This document shows positions 47,714 through 57,793 of a DNA stretch of 64,000 bases, in pieces. The number at the start of each line of letters is the position of its first letter. The stretch's first letter is position 1. Below the pieces are notes generated by a model. The model did no database searches and had not been told where the DNA came from. It was given only the letters and a program-made list of their open reading frames with translations. The stretch lies in the IMG/VR virus record IMGVR_UViG_3300034418_005550; one strand, 5' to 3'. The position numbers and the translations under genes were made by a program. This DNA is from an uncultured virus (IMG/VR IMGVR_UViG_3300034418_005550) (taxonomy: Duplodnaviria; Heunggongvirae; Uroviricota; Caudoviricetes).

Positions 47714-49196
47714 TATAAGCGTTCTCTCCGAATCTATGTATTTGTTCTAATCTAGCTTTTGCTAATTCTTCAGTAGGATAACAACCTAGAAGTCTATTTG
47801 TATCTTCTGAATAAACACAATACTCGCCATTTTCTTCTCTAATTACTTTTATTTCTAAATCATTTTCAAAACTAGATAATTCAATAACTTCTTGATTTGG
47901 TATTTCTTGTACTGCAGTAAATGTTCCTAATTCATCTTTTGGAACTGCTACTTTATTATTAGGCATTAAATAAACATCATCATTTTCATCTGTATCTAAT
48001 CCTATTGCTCTTCTTGCCTCGCCAATAGTCATTATTCCTGCATTAACACCAACTGCTAATCTTCTATACATATCATCTTCATCTTGCTGTAACGCTCTTA
48101 CATCTGAAAAGTCATAATAAGCCTCTTGATATTGTTCTGTATGAAAATCTACATTTAATAATTGATGAGTTAATTCTTGTCCTATCATTCTCCATAATGG
48201 TATTAATTTATTTTCAGTAAAATACTCTCTTAATTGTTTTGCATTAGAATAAGTTGCTCTATCTAATCCTGCACCTAATCCTGCTAATATTGCAGGTACT
48301 CCTAATACTGCTGATATTCTTTCTTCTGATATATGTCTTAATTTTCCTATATCTAATTCACTTGGACTAAATGACATTTTTTCTACAGACATAGCACCAC
48401 TAAGTACTAAAGGCATTCCTTTGTTTTGACCTGCTACTTTTTGTTGATAAGTTTTTACAATTTGTTCAGCTTCTTCACTAGTTGGTCCATATCCGTCCTT
48501 TGGACTAATAATTACACTTGGAACACCGCTATTAGCTAATAATGCAGTTGCTAATTGACCTGCTGATTCATCGCCATATATTTCTCTTAATACTGACTTT
48601 AAAGGACTAAAACCTCTTTTATGATTAGTTGGGTCTAATCCTAATCGTAAATGTATAATATCTTCTTTCATTATGATTGTTAAGCCGTTCTTTTCAGTTT
48701 CATATTCATAATGAGTTATCAAATCTTCTTTAGTACCTTTTGGAGTTACTAAGTTAGGCATTAAAGGATAAAGTGCTACTACTTGTCCTGATTCATTCTT
48801 TTGTTTTAATAAATAGGCATCTCCAAATACATGCATAGCATTTATTATGTATTGTTGTATTACATCTCCTGACATATAAGGATTAGGTCTTTTCATCAAT
48901 ATTTCAAATGGATGATTATAAATAACTTCCATTTCATTATCTTGGTTATAAGTTTTAACTAATAAAGAGGCTTCAGAAAATGAAACTCCTAAAGTTTGTA
49001 AACATGCAACAACTGCTGAATTAGATTGTCCATTACCAATATTATTAACATCAAATTCTCCTGCACGCGTATTAAAGCCCCATATAAAACTGTTTTGTCC
49101 GTATATTCCTACATCATCTCTAAAAAAATTATAATATTTTTCTTCTTGATTATTTCTTCCAAATATTATTTCGCTTAATTTTCTTCTCTCTGCCAT
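47700..49196 (-). CDS. Portal protein (HK97 family)
   Basis: Ortholog of 13895-15568. Confidence 0.95.
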   Translation of the reverse strand: MAERRKLSEIIFGRNNQEEKYYNFFRDDVGIYGQNSFIWGFNTRAGEFDVNNIGNGQSNSAVVACLQTLGVSFSEASLLVKTYNQDNEMEVIYNHPFEILMKRPNPYMSGDVIQQYIINAMHVFGDAYLLKQKNESGQVVALYPLMPNLVTPKGTKEDLITHYEYETEKNGLTIIMKEDIIHLRLGLDPTNHKRGFSPLKSVLREIYGDESAGQLATALLANSGVPSVIISPKDGYGPTSEEAEQIVKTYQQKVAGQNKGMPLVLSGAMSVEKMSFSPSELDIGKLRHISEERISAVLGVPAILAGLGAGLDRATYSNAKQLREYFTENKLIPLWRMIGQELTHQLLNVDFHTEQYQEAYYDFSDVRALQQDEDDMYRRLAVGVNAGIMTIGEARRAIGLDTDENDDVYLMPNNKVAVPKDELGTFTAVQEIPNQEVIELSSFENDLEIKVIREENGEYCVYSEDTNRLLGCYPTEELAKARLEQIHRFGENAYSGEF

Positions 49197-49206
49197 TTTT
49201 ACTCCT

Positions 49207-49262
49207 TAGTGGTTTTGATAGTAAGTGAACGCAACCCTAAGGTCTTACTATCGCCACCACTA
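49207..49262 (-). promoter_or_regulatory. Candidate structured RNA element between terL and portal
   Basis: TAGTGGT..GATAGTAAG / CTTACTATC..ACCACTA stem enclosing CC-TTA-GG and TGCGT. Confidence 0.55.
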
Positions 49263-50504
49263 CTAATATGCTTTATATCCAGTAGTGCCAATTGTTTCAG
49301 TTATTGCATAAGCTAATGCGTCCACTTGGTCATCATGCTCTCCAACAGGAAACTGTAACAACTCTCTTTCCAAATCAGAATACCATAAAGCATTACGATT
49401 AAAAAACACTTGTGCGCTTTCCATTTTAGCACCTAAAGGCAACGCTCTGCTGAATTTATCCTTATCTGGAGTTAATGGCTTAACTGGTAAGCCCTCTCTT
49501 TGAGCCATTTGTATTAATGCTAGTTGATATCCTGCTTTTTCTATACCTACATATGCAGGTTTAAATTCATTATAGACTTTCCATAATAAAGGTAATATAT
49601 CAGGTGCTTCTAATCTTGCTTTTTTAACATCGAGTACCAATAAGTCATTATCTTTTGTTTTACCAACTGTAACAATAGCAGTAAAGTCTGCACTTTCTTT
49701 GGTACTTGTAGCCAAATCCACAGTCGTAATAATTTGAATTTCATCTTTCGCAATTTTTTTCTCATTGATAAGAAAATAATCTCTATTGATTTCATAACCT
49801 ATCTTATCATATTCTTTTTCAGTAATACTTTCATAATAATGAAACCAATCAGGTTTTATTAATCCTTGCCCACTTTCAACAAATTGAGCCTCATATTCTT
49901 GGCTAAATAAAAAACTTCCTATTTCTTCTTTAGCACTTAGTAACTCTTCTTTTGGTATAAATGGATTAGTATTTGTATGATATTGCCAAAAATTCCAATC
50001 TTTATTAGTTTCTGCTCTTTCTACTAATCTTGAAAACCAGTTAAAGCCTCTTGGTGTTGATATAAATAAAGCATGTCCTTGTTTTTCTGTTAATGTTGGT
50101 CTTATTACTTCTGCCCATATTTCTTCTTTAATATAAGCGCACTCATCTAAAACTACAAAATCTAAACCTGCACCTCTTAACCTTTGAGGATTATCTCCTG
50201 ACTTTATTTGGAGGCTACCTTTAGCAAATGTTATTAATTTTTGAGCCTCAAGTATTTCACAAGGCAAGTCTGCAACTATTTGTCTAAATTCTCTCCAACC
50301 CTCCATAGCCATAGGATAAGTTGGAGCTATCCACCAAACACGACCGCCTTGAAGTGCATATTTAATAGCCATTGCTATTCCAAGTCTTGTTTTGCCCCAA
50401 CGCCTACCTGCAACTACAATTTTAAATCTTGTATTATCGTTTAATATCTCCTGCTGTTTTTCATGCAAGTCAGGAAGTTCAATAGTTAATTCTGGTCTGA
50501 CCAT
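49263..50504 (-). CDS. terL: Terminase large subunit
   Basis: AGRRWGKT, VVLDE, ISTP, HDDQVDA. Confidence 0.96.
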   Translation of the reverse strand: MVRPELTIELPDLHEKQQEILNDNTRFKIVVAGRRWGKTRLGIAMAIKYALQGGRVWWIAPTYPMAMEGWREFRQIVADLPCEILEAQKLITFAKGSLQIKSGDNPQRLRGAGLDFVVLDECAYIKEEIWAEVIRPTLTEKQGHALFISTPRGFNWFSRLVERAETNKDWNFWQYHTNTNPFIPKEELLSAKEEIGSFLFSQEYEAQFVESGQGLIKPDWFHYYESITEKEYDKIGYEINRDYFLINEKKIAKDEIQIITTVDLATSTKESADFTAIVTVGKTKDNDLLVLDVKKARLEAPDILPLLWKVYNEFKPAYVGIEKAGYQLALIQMAQREGLPVKPLTPDKDKFSRALPLGAKMESAQVFFNRNALWYSDLERELLQFPVGEHDDQVDALAYAITETIGTTGYKAY

Positions 50505-50896
50505 TTTAATTTAATTGTTAATGGTTCGTTTTCTTCTTCTCCTGTAAGCTTTAATCTATCAACTCGTCCAAATTCTTCAGGAAAACGCCTTTCTAAAAAC
50601 CAAGCGTCTGCTTGCCATTTGCCCTCAGTACTAGCTTTATCAATTCTGCCTAATCTCCTCATTACATTTTCAGCATTAGCTTTATTTACTTCTTTAACAA
50701 ATTTAATTAATAATTCATTTTTTTGAGATTTTCTTTTTGGATTAGCGATTAAATCTTCGCCCTCTTTTCTCCAACGCCTAAATGTTTCATAACTTATACC
50801 TAAATGCCCACAAGTCATTGAATAAGAAAGCCCAAGTTTAATTCTTGTGGAGAATTCTTCTATTAATGTATCAGTTAATTTAGTTGGTCTAGCCAT
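50486..50896 (-). CDS. terS: Terminase small subunit (putative, HTH type)
   Basis: MARPTKLT, GIS..TF.RW, WQA.AWFLERR.P.EFG; upstream of terL. Confidence 0.75.
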   Translation of the reverse strand: MARPTKLTDTLIEEFSTRIKLGLSYSMTCGHLGISYETFRRWRKEGEDLIANPKRKSQKNELLIKFVKEVNKANAENVMRRLGRIDKASTEGKWQADAWFLERRFPEEFGRVDRLKLTGEEENEPLTIKLKWSDQN

Positions 50897-50992
50897 AATG
50901 CGTTCTCCTAAATTGTATCATATTTCTTTTTTTTATACACACAAAACACATTTTACTACATAATCATTGAATTTTCAGTCCTTATAGTTGTT

Positions 50993-51043
50993 CCAGAATG
51001 CTTTTTACTACCGAGAGAACAAAAGGTCAGGTATGTTTTTCTC
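50993..51043 (+). repeat. Phage B dispersed repeat, copy 2
   Basis: CCAGAATGCTTTTTACTACCGAGAGAACAAAAGGTCAGGTATG; 23 bp identical to 54985-55007. Confidence 0.8.
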
Positions 51044-51516
51044 TATGTTTCGTTGTTCCAAGTTTCTAACAACGCGATTATTACATCTTCTAACTTATCT
51101 AGTTCAATAATTGCTAAACCATTTGAAGTTCCATCAGGCATAGCTACAAACATAAATGGTCTGCTATCTCCTATTCTTGTATTTGAATCACTTTGTTCTT
51201 TTGCTTTTAAATATTTAGTCCAAATAGTTTGAATTTGTTTTCCTGCTTTAACTTCTACTCTTACTTCGCCTTGCCAACTTTCCTCATTGCCCATTTGTCC
51301 TCTAAATTTTGTATCAGGAATGCGTAGCTTTTTACGAGCTAAATTTTGCTTTCTGCGACCTTTTTGTTTATTTCTAAGTCCTCTTTTTTGATTTTCAGAC
51401 CAATTATCTCTTTTTTTAACTGTTTTTTGTCCCATGCCTTGAGTTCCACTCTCGGCTCTTTTTCTAGCTTTAAACTCTGAAAAAGTTTCGTCTTCTCTCC
51501 AACCCTCAATTGACAT
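51043..51516 (-). CDS. Conserved phage protein, possible resolvase-like nuclease
   Basis: Ortholog of 21869-22357. Confidence 0.5.
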   Translation of the reverse strand: MSIEGWREDETFSEFKARKRAESGTQGMGQKTVKKRDNWSENQKRGLRNKQKGRRKQNLARKKLRIPDTKFRGQMGNEESWQGEVRVEVKAGKQIQTIWTKYLKAKEQSDSNTRIGDSRPFMFVAMPDGTSNGLAIIELDKLEDVIIALLETWNNET

Positions 51517-51829
51517 AACAATGAACACATTTATCTTGTTGTGCTTCAATTGGCTCAATTATTGTAGAACAATTCTGACAAACTAATAAATCTAAACTTG
51601 CTTTTAATTTACCAACTTGTGCTATTGCTAAATTACTTTCTTCTTGTAGAGCTTTTGTAAATGGAATAATATCTTCTGCTTTTAATAATATTGGTGCAGG
51701 ATGAGGTAAAGCCCAAATATAAATGCTTACTTGTCCGTCATTATATCCTTTGCCTATTGCAATTTCGTTACCAAATACATCTTCAAATATAACTTGGTTA
51801 TCATCTTCTTCGTTCCAATGCCCACTCAT
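51506..51829 (-). CDS. Hypothetical protein with C-terminal Zn ribbon
   Basis: CQNC...CVHC. Confidence 0.55.
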   Translation of the reverse strand: MSGHWNEEDDNQVIFEDVFGNEIAIGKGYNDGQVSIYIWALPHPAPILLKAEDIIPFTKALQEESNLAIAQVGKLKASLDLLVCQNCSTIIEPIEAQQDKCVHCYVN

Positions 51830-52103
51830 AATAATATGCCTTATGTTTTCTTTCTTTCATTGTACACTCTTCTTCAAGACAAGTTAGAGTTTCTATTGGC
51901 AGTCCTGTCTTTCGTGCATTATAAACAACATCTCTTATATTTGTACTATGATATGAGCAAATAAATTTACCGCTAGTTAATTCATTTAATAGTTTAGTTC
52001 TACTAATTGTTGGTATATTATTCTTGCTCTTTTTTTGCTTTTGCTTTTTTGAATTTACCTTTGTTGAGTTTATCATGTAAAACCATTTCTCCTGTTGCGT
52101 CAT
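51801..52103 (-). CDS. Hypothetical protein
   Basis: Overlapping ORF in early operon. Confidence 0.45.
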   Translation of the reverse strand: MTQQEKWFYMINSTKVNSKKQKQKKSKNNIPTISRTKLLNELTSGKFICSYHSTNIRDVVYNARKTGLPIETLTCLEEECTMKERKHKAYYYEWALERRR

Positions 52104-52521
52104 AATATTGTGATAGAAATCTTGCTAATTGATATTCGCTTTTAAATCTCATAAAGCCTTGCCAATTATCTTTTAGTTCTTTGCTCTTTAAATTTCTAAA
52201 AACAATTCTATGCTCATCTGTTACTTCTTTATCCATACAACATTGACAAAGTCCAAACTCATCTGCCATTGTTCTATCTTTTTTAATTATGTTAAAAAAA
52301 CATTCCATACAAAGTGCATTATTATTATTTAAACAAAAAATTGACATTTGTATCTCTTGTTCATCAAATATTTGAATATTTTTATTACAAAAATCACATA
52401 ACCAATCAATTGGACTAATTGGAATTGTAGAAGTTTCATTATCTGTAACTATTGAAATATGACTTCCTGTATTAGTTCTATGCTGAATTGGATTTTCATA
52501 AATAACAAATTGCTCTTTCAT
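52018..52521 (-). CDS. Hypothetical Cys-rich protein
   Basis: CDFC, CMEC, CQCC. Confidence 0.6.
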   Translation of the reverse strand: MKEQFVIYENPIQHRTNTGSHISIVTDNETSTIPISPIDWLCDFCNKNIQIFDEQEIQMSIFCLNNNNALCMECFFNIIKKDRTMADEFGLCQCCMDKEVTDEHRIVFRNLKSKELKDNWQGFMRFKSEYQLARFLSQYYDATGEMVLHDKLNKGKFKKAKAKKEQE

Positions 52522-52997
52522 AATTCTTCCTTTAATTCATTTATAAATTCATCCATATCATCTCTATTAACTAACTTATCGTTCCATTTAACACCGTCAG
52601 GCGTTTCATTTTTAAATCTTATAACTTCACTATGACTTGAGTTAAAAACTTTACAAATAAAGTTATAATAATTTGAACTTCTTTTTGCTAACTTATATAA
52701 ACATTCTTCATTACCAATCCAAAGTGCAACATTCCAAGTTTCATAATTTTTCCAACCATTGTGGTCATTTATTCTATACATAGCAACTCTGCCTGTATGA
52801 TTATGACTTGTTTTATCACAAACATCACTTTCAATATTCCAACCTCTTTTTCTCAAATCAGTTATTCTTTGAGAGTAAGTTGGAATAAATTCCTTTTGGA
52901 ACTCTACTCCACAAATCCAACCACCATTAACAATTAACTTTGAAAGAACTCTTTCAACTTGTGGTCTTGGTTTTGTATCTAATATTTCTCCACTCAT
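52518..52997 (-). CDS. Winged-helix domain fused to NGWKNYETW-type domain
   Basis: YSQRITDLRKRGWNI; NGWKNYETWNVALWI...TPDGVKW. Confidence 0.65.
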   Translation of the reverse strand: MSGEILDTKPRPQVERVLSKLIVNGGWICGVEFQKEFIPTYSQRITDLRKRGWNIESDVCDKTSHNHTGRVAMYRINDHNGWKNYETWNVALWIGNEECLYKLAKRSSNYYNFICKVFNSSHSEVIRFKNETPDGVKWNDKLVNRDDMDEFINELKEEL

Positions 52998-53021
52998 TAT
53001 TATCTCCTTTTTTCTTTTAGT

Positions 53022-54131
53022 TTAATATCTAGCACTTGCTACTTTCTTAGTTAAATGATTGTTAAATCTTGCAACCATTCTCGTAGTTCCAGTAGCACAT
53101 TGCTTGACACTTTTAGCACCTTTAAGCATAACTTCATTAGTTACACCACAATCTTTTAGACATTGTTCGGTATGATTAAATATTCCTAACCAATGGACAT
53201 CTCTTAGTTTATATTCTTCTATTAATTTAATTTGCATTTCATGTCCTAAAAATCTTCCAACAAGCATTAATAATTGACTTGTGAAATATTCATCGTGGTC
53301 GTTATTACAACCTGCACCTTGATGAGCAAGTTCGTGCAATAAAGTTAAATCAGTTGCCCACTTTTTCAATATAATTCTTCCGCCCCAAGTGTAATAAGAT
53401 GAGCCTTCATAACTATTAACTAATTCTATATTTATATTTTTATCGAAATATTTCTTATAAAAGAAGTCGCTAAATATTTTAGTCTTAACATTTTTACGAA
53501 CTATCTTTTCTAGTTCTTCAGTAGATAGTTTATTTTCGTTCTTAACATTTTTATATGCATATTTATTCTTTAGTAACTTTTCGTTCCAAGTTTCATTATT
53601 TTCTAATATTGGTTTAGATATTTCTAAATTCAATTCATATGTATTTGCATAATATTGATTACCTGCTTTATCGAAATATCTTCTTCTTCTTGGTGTCATA
53701 CATCCCATGTACATGTGCCACTCATATCCTTGCTCATTAGGATAAAGTTTGGAATATTTTTCTGCTAACTTCCAAAAGGTTTCAAATATTTCTAAGTCCT
53801 TTTCAAATTTAGGGGCAGGTGGTGGATTTTTATAATCATTAAAATGGTAATCATATTGATTAAATTTATATTCTAATTTTTCATCAATTATATATTCCAT
53901 TTTAGGAAAGCCCCAACTATCCCTACTTATTCCGTCACTTGGTTCTATAAACTCCCCATTATCGAAAACTACTTTTTCAATAACTCCATTTGCGCCAATT
54001 ATAAAAGTTCTTTTTCTTAAAACTTTTTTCTCAAGATTATTAGAATTAAATTTTCTAACATCAGGCATAATGTCAAAAGTTTTTGGCATAGCCCATTCGG
54101 AACGATAAACTGCTTTTTTCTGATTTACCAT
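53022..54131 (-). CDS. Early protein with C-terminal HExxH (SprT-like) metalloprotease motif
   Basis: TLLHELAH...DHDEYF; own promoter. Confidence 0.65.
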   Translation of the reverse strand: MVNQKKAVYRSEWAMPKTFDIMPDVRKFNSNNLEKKVLRKRTFIIGANGVIEKVVFDNGEFIEPSDGISRDSWGFPKMEYIIDEKLEYKFNQYDYHFNDYKNPPPAPKFEKDLEIFETFWKLAEKYSKLYPNEQGYEWHMYMGCMTPRRRRYFDKAGNQYYANTYELNLEISKPILENNETWNEKLLKNKYAYKNVKNENKLSTEELEKIVRKNVKTKIFSDFFYKKYFDKNINIELVNSYEGSSYYTWGGRIILKKWATDLTLLHELAHQGAGCNNDHDEYFTSQLLMLVGRFLGHEMQIKLIEEYKLRDVHWLGIFNHTEQCLKDCGVTNEVMLKGAKSVKQCATGTTRMVARFNNHLTKKVASARY

Positions 54132-54135
54132 ATTA

Positions 54136-54194
54136 ACTCCTTTTTATTATCTAACATATAAGATAATTATATACCTGTTATCGAGATATACCAA
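54136..54194 (-). promoter_or_regulatory. Sigma70-type early promoter plus conserved leader
   Basis: TTGGTA-17nt-TATAAT followed by ATGTTAGATAATAAAAAGGAG. Confidence 0.7.
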
Positions 54195-54439
54195 CTTTAA
54201 ATTTTAAAAGTTTCTTTTAAATTAAAATTTTTTATTATCCTTTCTCTGATTTTTTCTCTATTAGCTTTCCACCAGTTATGAGTTTTAACTTGTTCTTCTA
54301 AATTTTTTAAATTAGCCATATCTTTTTTTACCTCCATTTGCTACTCTGTCATCAGTTGGTCTTTTCAAACCACGATACATTCCACCTTTTTTAGATTTCA
54401 TTTTTCTTCTTTGTGCTCTATTTACCATATCCTTTTCCT

Positions 54440-54862
54440 TTATATATCTATTTTTGAATTACCTCTCTGCAATAATCCTTTATCTTTCATTTCTACAACA
54501 TCTTTTATTTTCATACCATGAATAGTTTTTGGATTAGGATTTCTTTTATCATTTAATCTGCTTTCTAAAGTATGTCTAATTTTTGTTCTTGGTGTTTCTA
54601 TATTATTTAATTTTCTTTTAGCCATATCGTTTTTAATTTTTTTTGAAATATCTTCTTTTTTAGTTCTTCTTCTTTTAGCATTTTTAGCTTTTTGTTTAGC
54701 CCTAGATTTATCATTAGTCCAATAAACTACTGTTGCAGATGATATATTATAATTGTCTGCTATTTCTTGAACTGTAAAACCTAATGACCTAAATTCACGC
54801 ATATCATTAACATCACTTTGATTTACTTTATATCTATTATCTGTCATATTATCTAACTTCAT
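54440..54862 (-). CDS. HTH DNA-binding protein
   Basis: GFTVQEIADNYNISSATVVYW. Confidence 0.65.
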   Translation of the reverse strand: MKLDNMTDNRYKVNQSDVNDMREFRSLGFTVQEIADNYNISSATVVYWTNDKSRAKQKAKNAKRRRTKKEDISKKIKNDMAKRKLNNIETPRTKIRHTLESRLNDKRNPNPKTIHGMKIKDVVEMKDKGLLQRGNSKIDI

Positions 54863-54957
54863 AATTTGGATTATATAATAAAACTATATCTATTCCAGAA
54901 CACTTTATAACTTTGTTCTCAAATCTTAACGCTCTGCAACTAAGTTATATCTCGGCA

Positions 54958-55017
54958 CAGTTATACCAGAGAGATTTCTCCTAACGAGAGAACAAAAGGT
55001 CAGGTATCTTTTTTCTC
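54958..55017 (+). repeat. Phage B dispersed repeat, copy 3
   Basis: CAGTTATACCAGAGAGATTTCTCCTAACGAGAGAACAAAAGGTCAGGTATC. Confidence 0.8.
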
Positions 55018-55034
55018 CATAATCATTGAGGTTT

Positions 55035-56210
55035 TTATTCTTCTTCGTCTTTTCCTAAGATTTCATTAACTTTTTGAGCTACATTATTAAGACTTAAAAG
55101 TACTGCAAATGTCTTATGACTTAGAATTGAGCCTCTAGGAAAGCCAATTTTTTCTAAATCAGTTAATGTTCCGTCTGGTAAAGTAAATTGTCCCCAATCA
55201 GAAACTTTATTAATGTAATTGTTATCTAAACTAATTACATCATCTCCTAATAGTTCTAAATATTGCAATTGTAGTTTCCAACTACCACCTAATAAATGAA
55301 CTTTTCTTCCTTTAAATGCCTCCCAAGGCACTTCTGTTCCACCATAAGAAGTTGGTACTGAAAATCCTAAAACATAATCTTCAGGTATTTTATCAATGCA
55401 ATTATATTTTGGAATTATTATCATATTTTCTGTATGAGGTGCAATATCATCTGCAAACTCCATAATTTGTTCAAATGTATAATATTCGCAATCATTTGCT
55501 CTACATTGGTCTGAACTCATAACATCTCTAGTAGTTGCATATTTAGGTTTAAAATGTTTTACTGCAGTTAAATGTTTTTCGTGATTATAGTCTTTCCAAT
55601 CATTATCAATAAATTGTATTTCATGGTGCCATAAAAATCTTTCTGCAACTTCTGGCTTATTTACATATCGAATACTTTCAGTTGAAATTGAGCCACATAA
55701 CCAACCAAATTCTTTTGCAATAAATGAACTTGGGTCTAAAGGTGTATAAGAATAAATTAAATCTATCGGTAAATTTCTAGCTACTCTTTTTCCTTTTGGT
55801 TTTTTATTTATTCCTAAATCTAAAGGCTCTGCAATTTCTTTTAATAATGCGTCTAAATCATCATCATCAAATCCAGTTCCATTCAACCCACTATCTTGTG
55901 CAACTTCTTTTAATAATTCTGCTAAATCATTATCGTTATAACTTGCTAAGTCAGAAATTCTATTATCAGCTAAAACTATTTTTTTAGCAGTTTTATCATC
56001 TACATCTACATATTCAACATTAACTTCGTCATAACCTAACATCTCCATAGCCATAACTGTATGATTACCTGCTAAAATTTCATTATTATTTTTATTTACT
56101 ACTACAGAACGAAACTGTCCTAGTTCTTTTATGCTATTTGCAATAGCTCCTACATCTCCTTGACGAGCATTTTTAGGATAATATTTTAGTTCACTTATTT
56201 TAATTTTCAT
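55035..56210 (-). CDS. ParB domain fused to putative TGT/DpdA-like base-exchange domain
   Basis: N-terminal ParB (ILAGNHT, IVLADNR); C-terminal FIDND...KVHLLGGS...VISLDNN resembling TGT-family barrel end. Confidence 0.6.
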   Translation of the reverse strand: MKIKISELKYYPKNARQGDVGAIANSIKELGQFRSVVVNKNNNEILAGNHTVMAMEMLGYDEVNVEYVDVDDKTAKKIVLADNRISDLASYNDNDLAELLKEVAQDSGLNGTGFDDDDLDALLKEIAEPLDLGINKKPKGKRVARNLPIDLIYSYTPLDPSSFIAKEFGWLCGSISTESIRYVNKPEVAERFLWHHEIQFIDNDWKDYNHEKHLTAVKHFKPKYATTRDVMSSDQCRANDCEYYTFEQIMEFADDIAPHTENMIIIPKYNCIDKIPEDYVLGFSVPTSYGGTEVPWEAFKGRKVHLLGGSWKLQLQYLELLGDDVISLDNNYINKVSDWGQFTLPDGTLTDLEKIGFPRGSILSHKTFAVLLSLNNVAQKVNEILGKDEEE

Positions 56211-56959
56211 TTTTTACTCTTTTCTATTCTACAATATTGACAAATAAATATCAGCTCTAAATCAATCCAATTATGACCTACTTCATCACAACTTTTTCTC
56301 TTTTTTGGTTGTTTAGCTATTTTACCTAAAATATTACTAAAGTTATTAGCAATACCATTAGGTGTAATATCAATATTTTTCCAATTTGTTTTATACCAAA
56401 TAGATACTTTTTTAATTTCTTCAACAGTTGCGTTTATTTCTTTTAATTCTTTTGTAGCTTTTTGAACTCTGCCTAATTCTCCTCTTGTTGCTTTAGTCCA
56501 ATCTATGCCACATTGATTACATATTTCTTCAAATATTAAATCTCTTTTTCTTACCTTTGTTATATTGGTTTTTGTTCTATTGGTTATTGTTAGGTCATTA
56601 TCGAGGACAACAGGGGTGTCTTTATCAGTACTACTAGGGGTGTCTTTATCTATGAATACAGGGCTAATTGTTCTTAATGTATATAAATTACTTTGATTAG
56701 CTCCATTATCTTTTGGTGGTCTATTTTGTACTGAAACTGCTTTAATATCTATTAACTCTTTTAAAACTCTATCAATTGAACTTTTAGAACAATTCATATT
56801 TTTTGCTAATGTTGCTCTACTTGGAAAGCATTTATTTGTATCTCTATCTGCATACTTCCATAAATTACCATAAAGAACTTTTGCTTTATCTGAAATATTT
56901 GATAATAAAATCCATTCAGGAATAATGATAAATTTATTATCAATATCTAATTTATCCAT
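56207..56959 (-). CDS. Replication initiator with N-terminal HTH
   Basis: Ortholog of 23924-24679; start set at MDKLDID after AGGAG. Confidence 0.8.
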   Translation of the reverse strand: MDKLDIDNKFIIIPEWILLSNISDKAKVLYGNLWKYADRDTNKCFPSRATLAKNMNCSKSSIDRVLKELIDIKAVSVQNRPPKDNGANQSNLYTLRTISPVFIDKDTPSSTDKDTPVVLDNDLTITNRTKTNITKVRKRDLIFEEICNQCGIDWTKATRGELGRVQKATKELKEINATVEEIKKVSIWYKTNWKNIDITPNGIANNFSNILGKIAKQPKKRKSCDEVGHNWIDLELIFICQYCRIEKSKK

Positions 56960-57006
56960 TTTTATAACTCCTATATCGTCAATAATTACAAGCTTTTCAG
57001 TCTTAA

Positions 57007-57063
57007 CACTTATACCAGAGAAATATCTCCTCTTGTCTGAGGGCAACCTCAGGTATGTTTTTT
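57007..57063 (+). repeat. Phage B dispersed repeat, copy 4 (degenerate)
   Basis: CACTTATACCAGAGA...GAGGGCAACCTCAGGTATGTTTTT. Confidence 0.6.
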
Positions 57064-57075
57064 CACTAAATAAAT

Positions 57076-57112
57076 AAAAATGGGCTAAAACCTAAGTCCT
57101 AGCCCATTTTTT
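57076..57112. terminator. Bidirectional intrinsic terminator
   Basis: AAAAATGGGCTA...TAGCCCATTTTT. Confidence 0.75.
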
Positions 57113-57136
57113 AGTACGATACAGGGATTATATGTA

Positions 57137-57607
57137 CTATTCTTCTTCAGTGTCTGAACTTACTTGTTCATCTGATTTTAATATATCGTGTAAGATAAAA
57201 TCTTCGTTTGCATACAAATGTAATGCAACTCCTAATTTCATACAAACTCTTTTAAAGCCGTCTGCTTCAGCTACTTTTAATCTTTCTGCGTCTGAATTCC
57301 AATTAAATGGATGTTCGCAAACTCCAGTACTTTCTTTTGTAACTTTTACTCCATTTATTTCAACTGTAAGCCTATAAGTGCAACCAACTAATACTTGTTT
57401 AGTTTCTTGCGTTTTAGGATTAGTTAAAGTTTCTTTCAAATGATAAGGAATGCTTTCATCAAAGTTACCAAATAATGCAATCATTTTTTGCCTTACCATA
57501 GAGTGTTCTACATAATTACCATATTTGCCTTTTGGTGGAGATTTAACTGCACCTTTGCCAAAAGGTTTTGATAATTCTGCATATATTGCTCTTGTTTCTT
57601 TATCCAT
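57137..57607 (-). CDS. Rad52/Sak-like single-strand annealing protein
   Basis: LKVAEADGFKRVCMKLGVALHLY. Confidence 0.78.
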   Translation of the reverse strand: MDKETRAIYAELSKPFGKGAVKSPPKGKYGNYVEHSMVRQKMIALFGNFDESIPYHLKETLTNPKTQETKQVLVGCTYRLTVEINGVKVTKESTGVCEHPFNWNSDAERLKVAEADGFKRVCMKLGVALHLYANEDFILHDILKSDEQVSSDTEEE

Positions 57608-57791
57608 TTTTATTACCTTTCATACTTACTACATCACTTGCTATCCATAAAGGACTTTTACCAACTAAGGTAAAAGGTTTAGGTAGCTTGTTATTATATT
57701 TCCACATCCAAACTGTATTTATTTGGACTTGATAATAATCTGCAATTTCTTTTACAGACCAATAAATGCTCCAAAAGTCTTTTTCTGTCAT
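57600..57791 (-). CDS. Small HTH DNA-binding protein
   Basis: SVKEIA.Y.QV..NTV..W...KLPKP...G.SPLW. Confidence 0.72.
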   Translation of the reverse strand: MTEKDFWSIYWSVKEIADYYQVQINTVWMWKYNNKLPKPFTLVGKSPLWIASDVVSMKGNKNG

Positions 57792-57793
57792 AA

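Noticed and set aside
30..57377. Many short plus-strand ORFs in the ORF track (e.g. 30-215, 10326-10604, 38610-38978, 44602-44892, 57132-57377)
   Set aside because: Antisense shadows of well-supported minus-strand genes with no RBS or motifs
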